DNA of 64,000 nucleotides, taken from assembly GCA_964016885.1 (NCBI GenBank), contig OZ024743.1, positions 294,438,001 to 294,502,000 on the forward strand. Direction: 5' to 3'. The translations under genes and the position numbers were made by a program. Origin of the DNA: Eledone cirrhosa (taxonomy: Eukaryota). A model generated the notes under the pieces. It saw only the letters and a program-made list of their open reading frames with translations, was not told where the DNA came from and searched no databases. Below are positions 41,001 to 54,400 of the stretch, one piece after another. The first letter of the stretch is position 1, and each line of letters begins with the position of its first letter.

Positions 41001-43091
41001 TTTCCCCTTGTCTTACCTGTGGCGTGAAGAAAGAGGTAAGAAACTAATTAAAAGGGAAAATTAATAAAGCTGAAGTAGATATGAAAATGTGACTCCTTGA
41101 TTTCTGCAAAGCGTTTCCCATGTCCGTGTTTTTAATCAGATGTTTTACGACGCGAATACCTAATCATATCGGGTAGTGTGGTGGATTGACAGAAATAGTA
41201 GGACATTGAACAAAAAGCATTGTGACATTTAATTGTGTCCAATTAATTTCTGAGTTCAAATAACATCGAGTTCAACATTGCCATTCATTCTTCCGAGATC
41301 GATATGTTAATGTATTAGTCAAATGATTGGGTCGATTTAATTCAATACATCCTCAAAAAAAATGTCCAGACTTGGAGCATTATTACAAATCTAAATTATT
41401 TATTAATTTCAGCAAATATATGTTACCACCCACGATATGTTTCTGTCTTATTAAACCTCTTCGTCGAGTTATAGACATTGTAGTTGCCCAAGAAATTGAC
41501 AAACTGAATAAAACAGACTTCGAATGTTTGTGTATTTAGTTATGATTGATCGAGCAACTGAGTATAGTAGTATATAAATGTACTGTTTGATTTGGCTTAC
41601 ATTCGTATTCTATTATCTTGTTATTGGTGCCAAAATTATTGCCGAAGTAATGTTTGATCCGACTAGCGTAGGAGTCCTATTATCCTATTATTACTACCAA
41701 AATATTTAGAAATATATTTTTGGGCGTCTGGTCGGCTGCAAACCTATTTGTTGAGTTTTAAATATGCACTTTAGCTTAATTAGTGTGTTTCCCCATTCTT
41801 TAATCTAATAGCAAAGATTCACCCCTGAGATGCGGTCACTCTTTCGTGAGAGGATTATATACGATTAATTTTACCCAAGTAATTAACTTATTATCACCAA
41901 TATAGGCATCATCCATGTGACTCAGTAGCAGACATCCGCCCATACACATTGTGACTGGCCCTGACCATTGGTGGGATATTAATTTCTAAGCAGAATTGAT
42001 CACAGAAAGCAAAGTACAGGAAAAGATACCAGAAGGCGTGACATTTGAGGCTCGAACGATCCCACTAGTCCATTGCCGTAAACATGTAGATTTTGTATCG
42101 TAGTTGTGACAGGCAAATAATATCAACAATGGAAATACTAATGCAGGCATATTTTCCACGATCGGATTAAACAATCAGTTCCTTTCGCTTTTTAAGTTTT
42201 ACATGATATAGCTGAACTAATATTGCTATGAGGAGTTAGTATTGCTATAAGGAATTATTATTGTTATAATGAATTAAACGCAATATTGAAACATTGTCAA
42301 TAATCAGCCTGGTACCTGGAGACACTGTATATTTGTATTCATAAAAAAATGAATTACCGACAGATTAAACCAAAGAAATATTTACATGTCGAAACTCCTG
42401 GAAAAGGAAGGGGCGGTAATTTACCTCTGAATGCACAGAGCCTGATCAATTACCAACAATTCACTAACAATTAGGCTTGTGCATTGATCCTTAACAGGAA
42501 CGATATTTATTGATCAATGGAAGGCAGAAAGGGAGTTGTGAGTTCGACGAAATATGAACTCAAAGCGGACACAATCGGAACAAAGAGCGAGGTATTCTAA
42601 TAACATGATGCACTAACGACCCTGTCCAAAATCCCAGCCTGGTATTTATAAGTAGACAAGTATTTGAAGAACCCCTATTAATATTACGAGAAAGTCATCT
42701 TTGTTTATCAATATCACAAGAAGAAAAGCAAACAATGAAGAAATCAAGCAAAAGTGAACACATTATGTGAGTTATGAAGAAAGAACAACGGAAGTGGAAG
42801 CGGAAATGTTAAAGGAAGTGGAAAATAGATGAGGGATGAATGAGTAAAGGTAGTAAAACTAACTGAAGCTAAACTAACCATAAAAATGCCAATAATATAA
42901 CTTTTCTCCTAGATTCTCTGTCAGGTTATTGAGTGCGCTTCCAAACGCTGTCATTTGGTTTATTTTGAGCCAAGATCTAATGGTGGGAATACAGAAATAA
43001 TGTAAACCAAAATAATGCGCAAACACTAAACTACATCATATATATAAAACCACAGAGAGAGAGGTAGGGGAATTAACGTACACACAGAGGC

Positions 43092-43192
<101 letters not shown>

Positions 43193-43870
43193 GGGGCATC
43201 CAAGAAAGAAGAAATGAAACTGTCCGGCTTTCTATCTAGAAAGACAATCGATTAGCGATAGAGATAAAGTTTGCAAGAACTTCTGAAGATTCTTTGTTTG
43301 AGTTTCCTGGAATTAATATAGGCAAACATCATGTGTAAATATGACCTACACATACATACAATCAGAAATACATATATACGTAGACACACAAACATTCGTG
43401 TTCTAAATAGATATGTCCACTGGTAACGCGAGTACAAATACATACACTTGCATGTAAGCACACAATAATTCTTCACATTTTACATCCCTGCGAAGATCGT
43501 ATATACATTTCCTCCCCCAAATCAATACTTTTACACATACATACATGCATGTATATTAAAAGATTGCGCCAAATTCAAATAGTAAGGCTATTCCTGCTTT
43601 GTGTAAAAATTACTAGCCATAAATATTTTGCCCTTGAAGTTGTTATTGGTAGAAATTCGTCAGTTCAGGTGACGGCTGTTTCAGTTGTTTGAACAATGGA
43701 ATAGCTTGCACTAAAATTAACGTTCAGGTGGCTGAACCTTTCACAACCACGTGCACCGTTAACGTAGGGTTTCAGTGTGTAACAGATGTTTTACAGTGAT
43801 GTCCTTATGAATCACAAGTGCACCTCATATATTTCAAATTATATGGACTAGAGCAACATAAAAATATAAT

Positions 43871-44056
43871 TGTTTCTAATTTAGGCACAAGGCCAGCAAT
43901 CACCCAGTGCATTACTGGTACTTTATTTTATCGACCCCGTAAGGATGAAAGGCAAAGTTAACCTTGACGGGATTTGAACTCAGACTGTAAAGGGACGTAA
44001 CTATGCTGGAAAGCATGGCGTCCGACTCTCTACCAATACTGCCAATCCCCCGCCCT
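43871..44056 (-). mobile_element. tRNA-derived SINE with 14 bp TSD
   Basis: TSD cataaaaatataat at 43857-43870 and 44057-44070. Confidence 0.92.
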
Positions 44057-45648
44057 CATAAAAATATAATGTCATGTTCAAAGGCACAATGTGACAGAAA
44101 ATTAGAGAATATCCTTCGATTGGTTATATGAAGTGAATGAAGAGCTACTGATAAGTAAACTATATTAATTACTCATATATTATTTCCAAAAAATTGTGCT
44201 AGCAAGTCTCATTTTATGAGAAAAATATGCTACAATACGTAGCAAAACTAACTCCTAAATGCACAGGAAATAATGTTTCAAAAGCTCAGTAAATATGTCA
44301 AGCAAACTGTGAAGAATCTGACGTACAATCAAAGCAAAATAAAAGAAACATAGCTAGCATCAGAAAAGCATGTGGTCGCCGCTTACGGTCATATAGAAAT
44401 GTGTGAAGAATATAAGCATTTCAAATCCCAGCTTACTGTAACATAAACAAATATATACTATCTATAACGATAAACCACCAATTAAAAGAAAGAATGGTGA
44501 GAAAACGTAGCATAAATTAAATCTGCCCCCGTTGGAACATTGGATGCTTTGCTCTATTGTGACGCAGCTGCTTTTCCACAAATGATGGAACTAACAGCGA
44601 TCAATCTAATGAGAACCCGCAAATAAAATGGATCATCTCTCTTAAAACACGCGCACGCATACACATTCAGATACATACACACGTACATCAACACATATAC
44701 AGGGTCCCCCCCCCCCGAACAAATCTATACAAAGTTGATTACCTGTACAGTCAATATTTATTAGAATGCTATTTAGGGACACACTGTATATAAGTAAATA
44801 TATATAAGGTCGTATAATGAGCTTGTCGACAAATATCGCACAATGACACTATCTTTTCACTCAAACTAAACAATGAATTCATCTCCTATAGTGAATGTTA
44901 TTAAAAACTGACTACAATATAGCTCACATAGCTATCAATAACGACAGAAGCAATAGTTACAAATATAATTGCTTTTAACAATAGACACAATAGAGGATGA
45001 CAGCTTTTCTGCAATGTTGTTCGTCTTGGCAGTGAAACACCTGTTGAGAAAATCCCAAGTCCACACGATAGGATTTGCTGAGTTATGAAGATTCAATGCT
45101 ACCCATATCTTTTTCTCGGTGATCTTAAGCTATAATCAAGTGATAAACACTGTTATAGGAATTGCGTGGAACAGATTACGTTATATTCATGATACATATG
45201 AATTCAGTTTTGATAGGATATTTGCTAGTCAATTAAAGAAATATTGTTGACCAAATGGGGAATATGTGTATCATGACGAATGCTGCAGGTATCTCGGAAT
45301 TAATGAGAATATTTATCTACGTTGGTGCTGTGAGTAAAGCTAGAGTGGTAAAGGAATAGTTTTGCAGACTTTCGATGGCATGAAAGTCAGAGCTCTTCAG
45401 ATGCAATAAGGCAATTTGTCAAAAGGATTTAACTATGTCAGTGTTAGTACCAACATTTATAATACAATACTAAATTGAAAAAACAAATAAACCTGAACCA
45501 AAACATCAATGTTTGGAAGGTACTAATAACCACTGGTTACTTTTACCTTCTGCATAAACAGCGACACTGTGATGGTATATGTTAAATTGAGGAACGAGGA
45601 CTTTAATAGTCAGCCCCAAATATTTTGGTGCCAAATTAAATCAATAAT

Positions 45649-45759
45649 TGTTTCTACTTTTGGCACAAGGCCAGCAATTATTCCAGTGTATTACTGGTAC
45701 TTTATTTTATCGACCCCGTAAGGATGAAAGGCAAAGTTAACTTCGGCGGGATTTGAACT
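45649..45759 (-). mobile_element. 5'-truncated SINE with 16 bp TSD
   Basis: TSD aaattaaatcaataat at 45633-45648 and 45760-45775. Confidence 0.9.
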
Positions 45760-46127
45760 AAATTAAATCAATAATGAAAGGTAAAAAGAAAATGAATGCA
45801 TTAAATTCAATGAAACATTCTTTAATATATACGCTGAACATACAGCAGTTACATATAACACAAAGCTACCTGGACAATTTAAACAGATTTCTTTCAGGAA
45901 AAGGTTCCCTGTGGGACTTCATCATATGTATCTAAATATAATCTGTTTTAACTTATTTTGTTATCTCCAAACCTTGCATTGATGACGCGTGACTTAATTA
46001 TTAGTTTATTCGGCACACATTGTAAAGTACTGAGTTCGATTCCTGTGGTCACATTGTGTCTTTGAACATGGCACTATAGTTTTACGCTGTTCCAGTCCAC
46101 AAACTTTCAAATAATCTTTTTTTTATT

Positions 46128-46846
46128 TTAAGGGATGAGAATGTTTCGTCTAAAATTGGGAAAAACAACAATATCTATGATGAACCAATCTGAAACTAAC
46201 ATCTCCCTTAGCCGAGCTATAGATTCTCGGGTGATTCATAAGGAAAAACTGTGTCACACTGAAGCTCTACGTTAATATTGATACTAGTATCTGAATATTG
46301 AAAAAGACCATCTCCTTAGCATATGAAAGCCTCTCTCTCACAGAGAACATTGCCTCTTCCCTATTCAAAACCAAGAAATGACTTCTAAATAACCGATGAA
46401 TAAGAGATACATAAGGATGCTTCCAAACTTTAATATTTTGGTAGAAAATCAATGTCAGAAAGCTTTATTGTGAAATATATCAACTATAACATTAGCAGCC
46501 AAGCAAAATTATACACATGGTTCTAACTTCCTATGAGACATGGTGTTGTGTGCAAAAGAATTCCCTGGTACTGTTATCAAATGAACACCAAAACTAAGAT
46601 GTTTTCACTCCTTTAGAATAAAGGAATATGAGGCGTACCTTCCAATACCAATAAAACAACTCAATACCAATAAAACAACACCCGATATGACATAATTGTA
46701 TTGGACAGAGAAAGATGTAATGTACTTTTGAAGAAGTCAGTTGTTTAAGGGATGAGGATATTTCGTCTAAAATTGGGAAAAACAACATCTATGATGAACC
46801 AATGTGAAACTAACAGCTCCTTTAGCCGAGCTATAGATTCTCAGGT
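46128..46846. repeat. ~100 bp direct repeat pair (46128-46232, 46745-46846)
   Basis: ttaagggatgag..tttcgtctaaaattgggaaaaacaaca...ttagccgagctatagattctc occurs twice. Confidence 0.8.
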
Positions 46847-47647
46847 GTAGCTATTATCATTGATTCACTGGTTTAAGTAACAACGAATTTGAATAAATCC
46901 TGGTAATTCTGGGATTTCCAAGAAAGAACAAATAAATTGACATGCATTCGCCAAAAGCAAGTGATTCATTTTTACAGTGAAAAGTATTCCATGGATTCTT
47001 TTAAACGAATATTTAAACGAGTATTCCATGGATCCTTTTAATCGAGTTTCTTAGAAGGAAGTATGCATACAGTTTATGTATTTTTTCATGTACAACTCCA
47101 TGAGTAATTTTTTTATATATTTTTGTATATTTTTTATATATTCTTCATATATTTTTTATATATGTTTTGAGCATACCCTTTACATGATTCCTATGAGCTT
47201 CCCATATGCAATTTTGTGTAGCACCATAAGGACAACTCAGTCAACATGTGCATCAACGTGTGCATACACGTATATACCGTGATGTGAGATGCTGCATGCA
47301 TTCATCGATGTATCCCCCATATGTACTTTTTGGATTTTTCAAGTATTTCCCCATCGTTGTGCAATAAATGATGTACAACATCATATGCATGCTTATATGC
47401 ACTTTCCAAATATTTTTGTACAGTTTATCTTCATCTATGTGCGTACGTGTGTGTGTGGATGTCTGTCTGTGTATTAGTGCGTATATGGGTGTGTGTATGT
47501 GTGTGTGTATATCTATATGTATGTGTGTGTGTATGTATAAGTACACACACGTATATGTATATGTAATGTATGTACATGTATGTACATGTGTGTAAAAATA
47601 AGGGTGAAAGCAGCGATTCTTTGCTTAAACTTTAATCTGTTATTTTA

Positions 47648-47788
<141 letters not shown>

Positions 47789-48091
47789 TATATATATTAA
47801 ACTATATAAATGGAATAGAATGAAATGAAATTTCATTTCTCACTCTTAGTACAGCAGTTACTTAAATGTAAGTATGTATGTATGTATACGTACATACATA
47901 TATGTATACAGACGTACAGTAGTATGTATATATATACATACATGCACACATATATATATATGCACGTATCGGTTTACCGAACATTTATTACAATGCTCGG
48001 TTTATTTGTTTGTAAACAAACAAACAGCCCGAATTACGCCGTACAGTGTTTAGGCAACCACGTCACCTTTTTGTTCAACATTGACACAGGA

Positions 48092-48134
48092 ACGATGTAC
48101 TAGTTTCAAGCTTATTAGCTATCGTCAGCATCGT
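48092..48134 (-). ncRNA. Minimal type I hammerhead ribozyme (H1)
   Basis: acgatg-CTGACGA-tagctaataagctt-GAAA-CTAG-TA-catcgt, with a perfect stem I. Confidence 0.9.
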
Positions 48135-48539
48135 ATACCTTCCTGCCAGATGGTTGAACGTATGAAAGTATATACTTTCCTTATGCATATTAACGGCTGA
48201 GCAGCCTAATTTGCATATCAAGTGAGTTTAGTCGGCCTGGCGCACCGAAAACTATAAATGGTATAGAATGAAACGAAATTTCATTTCTCACTCTTAGTAC
48301 GGCAATTACATAAATGTAAGTATGTATGTATGTATACGTACATACATATATGTATACAGATGTACAGTAGTATGTATATATATACATACATGCACACATA
48401 TATATATATGCACGTATCGGTTTACCGAACATTTATTATAATGCTCGGTTTGTTTGTTTGTAAACAAACAAACAGTCCGAATTACGCCGTACGATGTTTA
48501 GGCAACCACGTCACCTTGTTGATCAACACTGACACAGGA

Positions 48540-48582
48540 ACGATGTACTAGTTTCAAGCTCATTAGCTATCGTCAGCATCGT
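48540..48582 (-). ncRNA. Minimal type I hammerhead ribozyme (H1)
   Basis: As above. The only change is in the stem II loop (aata>aatg). Confidence 0.9.
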
Positions 48583-48723
48583 ATACCTTCCTGCCAGATG
48601 GTTGAACGTCTGAAAGTATATAATTTCCTTATGCATATTAACGGCTGAGCAGACTAATTTGCATATCGAGTGAGTTCAGTCAGCCGGGCACACCGAAAAC
48701 ATACTTACATATAAATATATATA

Positions 48724-48802
<79 letters not shown>

Positions 48803-48807
<5 letters not shown>

Positions 48808-50161
48808 GGGTGTATCTAATAGGATTTCCACACTCTCTAAGGACGTAGGAACATTTAATGAACATGCGGAGTACTATAATAATGCCCTAGCAAATTCCGG
48901 TTACTCTAGTAAAATACATTGTAATAATAGTAACCTTAGAAAGTCTCCGCTTACTTATAATAATAATAACATAATATCACATAACATGGCCATGAATGGG
49001 AGTAGGAAGCATAATAACCGTAAAAATTACATAGGTGTATCTGAACCCATCCATAAGTTAACCCACGGGACTCGTAATAGGGAATATAATACCTCTAGGA
49101 AACAAGTCGAACCCTCTGAGCGCTCACTAATTGGTGATAATTTTGCTAGATCAAATTCTAATATTGTTGCTTCTACTGATCCTATTATTGGCCCTAATCC
49201 TTTTGATGGGATTCCAGACGACAGCAGATCTACTGGAGGTAGAAACAATAAGAGACTGAATGGAATTTTGGCTGATTCTAATAATGCGGTTTTAACTAAT
49301 CCTTGTAGTAACCCTAGTCTTAATAGTGGGATATTAGATAATGGTAGATTCGGTAAGGATAAAAATAGAAGGAGACTAAATACTTATTTTAACCCGCCAT
49401 ATAATCAGGAAGTATTAACTAATATCCCTAGGTCTTTCTTTTCTATCTTAGAGAAAAATTTCACCCCTTCTCATAAATACCATAGTATTTTTAATAAAAA
49501 TGTTATTAAACTTTCATTCTCTACCACCCCTAATATTAGTTCTCATTTAGCTAGCACTAACAATAGGAAAATTAGGGATGGATTCTCCTCTCTACATACT
49601 ACTAGTCTGAACAGATCTGGAAATGCCTTACCACCAGAACAGACCTTATCTAATAGCAATCCTACGTGTAATGCATCACTACTTCAGCCAACCAATAGCA
49701 CCCGGAAGTGTAACTGTAGAGTGAGTGCTAACTGCCCTTTAAACGGTAACTGCCTTTCTAAGAACATCGTCTATGCTTGTGTAGTTATAACTAATTCCTC
49801 TAATAGAACTTATATAGGCTCTACATCTAACACTTTTAAGACTAAGTTTAATTCACATATCTCTAATTTCAAACATGTTAAGTTTAAGAATTCTACTTCT
49901 TTAGCACACTATATCTGGGATCTTAAGGGGGCTAATATACCATATAGCCTTAATTGGCGTTTAGTAGCACGCTCTAATAACCTTTCTACACATACTAAAT
50001 TTTGTAATCTCTGTATCCTCGAGACACACTCTATAATTTTCTCTAGCGAATCCTTACTTAATAAAAAGTCTGAGGTATTCTCATCTTTCCCCCACGCTAT
50101 TTCTAATTCTTACTTTTATTATAAACCTAAAGGTTCTAGTAGTATAAATCGTATCCATTAG
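48803..50161 (+). CDS. Nematis-like PLE ORF remnant: RT thumb, long Asn/Ser-rich linker, FNPPY domain, CxC..CPL.G.C, GIY-YIG endonuclease
   Basis: The frame is open from the (TA)n at 48803 (IKGVSNRISTLSKD..F..HAEYYNNALANSGY) through the listed ORF 48986-50161 (NIVY...TYIGST..FK..H...CNLCILE...LLNKKSE). Confidence 0.85.
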
Positions 50162-51896
50162 CTGATATATTCCATTACTTATTTTTTAGTTTAGGTTCTT
50201 TTTGTTTACCACCATTATTATCATCATTATTATCATTGGTTTTTGACAACTCTTTATTCTAGCTCTCATAATCTTTAGGCTATTATACCATATCTATCTT
50301 CTTACGCATTAAATTTTCACTATTAACACCTTATGAGTATATATCTGATTATATATTTTACATTATTGTATTTTATTTCATTTTATTTTATTTTATTTTA
50401 TTTTATTTTATTTTATTTTATTTTATTTTATTTGGATTCTTCTTTGGATACCCCCCCCCCCACTCTCCCCCCATGCGCACATAAAATGATTGTCAACCCC
50501 TTCAAATAGATTATGATTATATTTAACCCCCCCTTCTTTTACGCTCCTTTCTATTATTTAATATAGTCTATTGACTATGATTTTATGCTCCTTTGTATCC
50601 TCAATACATTTCTTTTTTTCTGTCCCTATTAGCCTACCATAATTCTGCTTAAGTCAGTTTTTTAGATATCGTTATGTAAATGATAGTAGAAAATTTCATT
50701 CCTTTATATATATATTTGTAGTGAAATATTAACGTTTATAAATTTTGATTACTTAAACCATAGCTAATATTAGATATTTTAAATATTTTTAGATATTTTA
50801 AATATTTTTAATATTAATTTATCAAATAGGGTTTTCGAGTCATTTACCGGGGTTGTTTCCTAAGTTTTTACTTAACTGCATGTGAGATCTAAGTATATAC
50901 TTTTGTTTTTGTTTTTTAATTTCCGGTTGATTCTATTTATTTATTTATTTATTAATACTACTGTGCATTCTATTTACTGTCTGGCCCTTACTCACTCATC
51001 CACATATATGTCTGTTTACCAACCTTGTAATTATAAGTAATTATATATTATATTATGTTAATTATTTTATATTGTATTTGTTATTGTACTATCGATCCTT
51101 ATTACTTACCGTTGATTATATGTACCATTATGATATGTTAAATTTTATATATCATGTAAGATGTTTATATTTTTGTACCATCATAATTTTGGGTATTGTA
51201 CAATTTATATTTTTTCTCACCTACTCTGTAACTCTACATGAATTGATTTGTTAACGTGCATGCCATTATATATTATATATTATATATGTTATTATATTAT
51301 TATTATAGTATTATTGTGACATCTATATTGTTTGTGTAAATTAACCGGAGATTATCTAGTATATTATATCATATAGTATATAATTGTATAGTTTATTATA
51401 TATTATATGTGCTACTTATAATCATATCATATTATTACCTCATGTATATTAGATATACGTATTATTATTATTATTATTATTATTTTTATTCCTATCATGC
51501 TTATTTATATTTAAACTCTTAATAAGGTTTAATTTGCGCTGTTAAAGATGGATATGTGTATTGATGTATGTGTATATGTGCGTACGTGTGCGTACATATA
51601 TACATATGTATATTGTACCTTTTAATTTTTATTGTAATTTTAATATTGTTACAAGTATATTATATTATATTATATAGTATTATATATAATTCCCGCTCTA
51701 TATAACCACCTTTGTTTAGCTCTAGGTATTTTTGCTTTGAACTATATTTGTAATATGGTTCTAAATGTTATACACCTCCTTAGTGATTTTTATTATATAT
51801 TTTTACCCATAATCTTGCAATACTTTAGTGTATGTACACTCCATATTCTTCGGAGTTTTCGGCTTGTATTGGCCGATAATACTTCTTGTTGTTTTA

Positions 51897-51941
51897 ATTG
51901 CCCTGATGAGTCCTTAATAGGACGAAACATTGTTGGCTAAT
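51897..51941 (+). ncRNA. Minimal type I hammerhead ribozyme (H11)
   Basis: attgcc-CTGATGA-gtcct taat aggac-GAAA-C att G-TT-ggc(t)aat, with the near-palindrome AACA-T-TGTT. AATAAA is adjacent. Confidence 0.8.
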
Positions 51942-52097
51942 AAAGACTTTTGATGTATTGAAGGCTTCTTTGTTTTACTTTCATAATTCTTCGGCTCTGT
52001 TTAATTACATTGAGCTATACCTTTTACTGTCATTTCTATAATACGAAGAGGGTGTTTAACTCCAACACGCTCCAGTATTTTAATCCTTATATATATA

Positions 52098-52150
<53 letters not shown>

Positions 52151-52734
52151 CTGTATGAATAGATATATATATATACGTGGGTCCCATTATGTGTACGTGT
52201 GGGTGTATGTCTGCTTATGACTGTACCTATATATGAGAGGTGAATATATATATATGTACGTGAATATATATATATGTGAATATATATATATATGTATGTG
52301 AATATATGTATATATATGTATATATATATATATGTATGTATATGTGTAAACGCAAACACGCAAGCTCTATGTGTGTGTGTGTGTATGCCCACGCAGATAA
52401 GTGTACGATTCATGGCTCGGAATGCCTGTATATATGTGTGAGCACATGTGCGTGTGGGTGTATATGTATGGCGAGGCAGGCAAGCAAGGGAAGGGCATGG
52501 GAATGCATAACAACTATCCTACACACAGCAGTAATTTATGGCGACGGGATTGGGGTGAGTGACAGCTCACGCCTGAATGGAGATGACCAGTGGCCAGATT
52601 TCAATGGTGAAGCACAATGAGGACGCCAGGAATTATCAACCAATCTAAGTGCCGCGCAAACAGGATGATGGCAGATGATAAAGATTGGAAGGGTCGGAGC
52701 CCAGCAGAAATAGAATGTGCTTCGAAATCATTAG

Positions 52735-52827
52735 ACGTATCTGAGGAACTTGCGAATCCAGAGTCAGGTTCGATCCACAAACAGATCGCACCTCGAGCTG
52801 TTCGCCGGAGAAACAATTGTAATACGT
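52735..52827 (+). ncRNA. Type I hammerhead ribozyme with extended stem II (H12)
   Basis: acgtat-CTGAGGA-..gcgaa...ttcgc..-GAAA-CAATTG-TA-atacgt-AATAAA. Stem I is a perfect 6 bp and stem III is the palindrome ACAATTGT. Confidence 0.8.
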
Positions 52828-52867
52828 AATAAATTGTGTCCGATGCATCACTGATTCTTCGTTTTCC

Positions 52868-52944
<77 letters not shown>

Positions 52945-53079
52945 TCGTAATACACTTCACCTAACACTTATTTATCTCTTCATCGATCTATACAATTCTC
53001 TCCGTCCTCCTCCATCTATATATATACATACCAATACGCACACACACAGACACACACACATACACACACACACACACAC

Positions 53080-53152
<73 letters not shown>

Positions 53153-53888
53153 CATGTACATACTTAGATACATATACATATATGAATGTATGTGTGTATA
53201 TATATTTATGTATGTATGTATATATAAGGACAATACACATACAAATATAATTCCAATTGTTTCTTCCTTACTATTTCTTAAGAATCCTGATTAAATTCAT
53301 TGATTTTTATTTAGAATTTAATTAGTGTACAGAAAGCTTTAATTTTCAGGAGCATTCATTTTGGCATTTTAGTTGCATTTGATTGGCTTCACTATAAAAA
53401 CTCGATGCTGGCCATTAAACTATCGTTACTGACAAACGATCTCATAATTCACCAGGTTTAGTTGGACATTAAGTAGTCATCACTGACCAGTAGAAACAGT
53501 TTGAATCTAAGATTTTCTCAACCTATATCATGATGTTTGTATATATATATATATATATACACACATAGATGTATATATAAACGTACTCTCAAGGCGATAC
53601 AGAAGATATGGTAAACTAAGAATTGTATTGTATGCCTGTTCTAGATAATTGTGTCGGTTTTGGGAAAGTAAATTTCTGAAGCCAACCTCAACATTTAGGA
53701 TATTTAGAGGTAATTTGTTTTTGTCGTCTTCTTCCCTGAATAACACACTTCCTCTCACAGATTTCCTTTCGCGGGGCAGCTCTGTGATGATTTGTTCTCG
53801 CAGCGTACTGACGTGATAATACCATCCTAACTGAATGGTGTTATCTTTGTATGAACATTATGAACATAAGGAACATTATGAACATAAG

Positions 53889-54075
53889 GAGCGGTGGATT
53901 GGCAGTATCGGTAGTGGGTCGGACGCCATGCTTTCCAGCATAGTTACGTCCCTTTACGATCTGAGTTCAAATCCCGCCGAGGTCAACTTTGCCTTTCATC
54001 CTTACGGGGTCGATAAAATAAAGTACCAGTAATGCACTGGGTATTTGCTGGCCTTGTGCTTAAAGTAGAAACAGT
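53889..54075 (+). mobile_element. tRNA-derived SINE with 19 bp TSD and reiterated 5' junction
   Basis: TSD ttatctttgtatgaacatt at 53841-53859 and 54075-54093. Confidence 0.9.
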
Positions 54076-54199
54076 TATCTTTGTATGAACATTGATGAGG
54101 AAATGCTATGTTGCTATATATGCATAAAGAATCTTGAACTTTCCTGGTTATAGCAATAATGCTTGGTAACGCCATCAATATCTTTTAGATTTACCCCTG

Positions 54200-54400
54200 C
54201 CATTGCTCTCCGACAGGTTTTCGATCGAGCCCGTGGTTGTGGAGACCACGGGTGTCCTTGACCCTAGGACCACCTCCCTGCTCAACGTCATCGGCATAGT
54301 ATTGGCTATCCTCAGATGTGAACCTCACGAGCTGGAATGGCTCTTCCAGCCCTTCTCCGTCACCATCCTCCGAGAGAACATTTCTATTCTATCCACCTGG
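54200..54400 (+). pseudogene. C-terminus of a restriction-like endonuclease from a CRE-type non-LTR retrotransposon
   Basis: RFSIEPVVVETTGVL.P.T..LL..IG......EPHELEWLFQPFSVTILRENISILST resembles the F.P.+ET.G...LFQR.S+.+.RGN..+L motif. Confidence 0.6.

Larger units (their letters stand above)
47799..48700 (-). repeat. Head-to-tail dimer of the ~448 bp H1 unit, each unit with an HHR
   Basis: Units start at ~47799 and ~48248. No real ORF. Bounded by (TA)n on both sides. Confidence 0.9.
48803..52088 (+). mobile_element. 5'-truncated Nematis-like PLE with ~1.9 kb AT-rich 3' UTR
   Basis: ORF, UTR, HHR, AATAAA, then (TA)n/(TG)n. Confidence 0.75.

Noticed and set aside
46176-46200. C/D box snoRNA (ATGATGA...CTGA)
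   Set aside because: The boxes are only ~6 nt apart, the second repeat copy lacks CTGA, and there is no terminal stem.
48986-50161. Stand-alone or domesticated GIY-YIG gene starting at 48986
   Set aside because: The frame continues upstream into an RT thumb truncated at (TA)n, and the 3' UTR ends in an HHR. This fits a 5'-truncated PLE.
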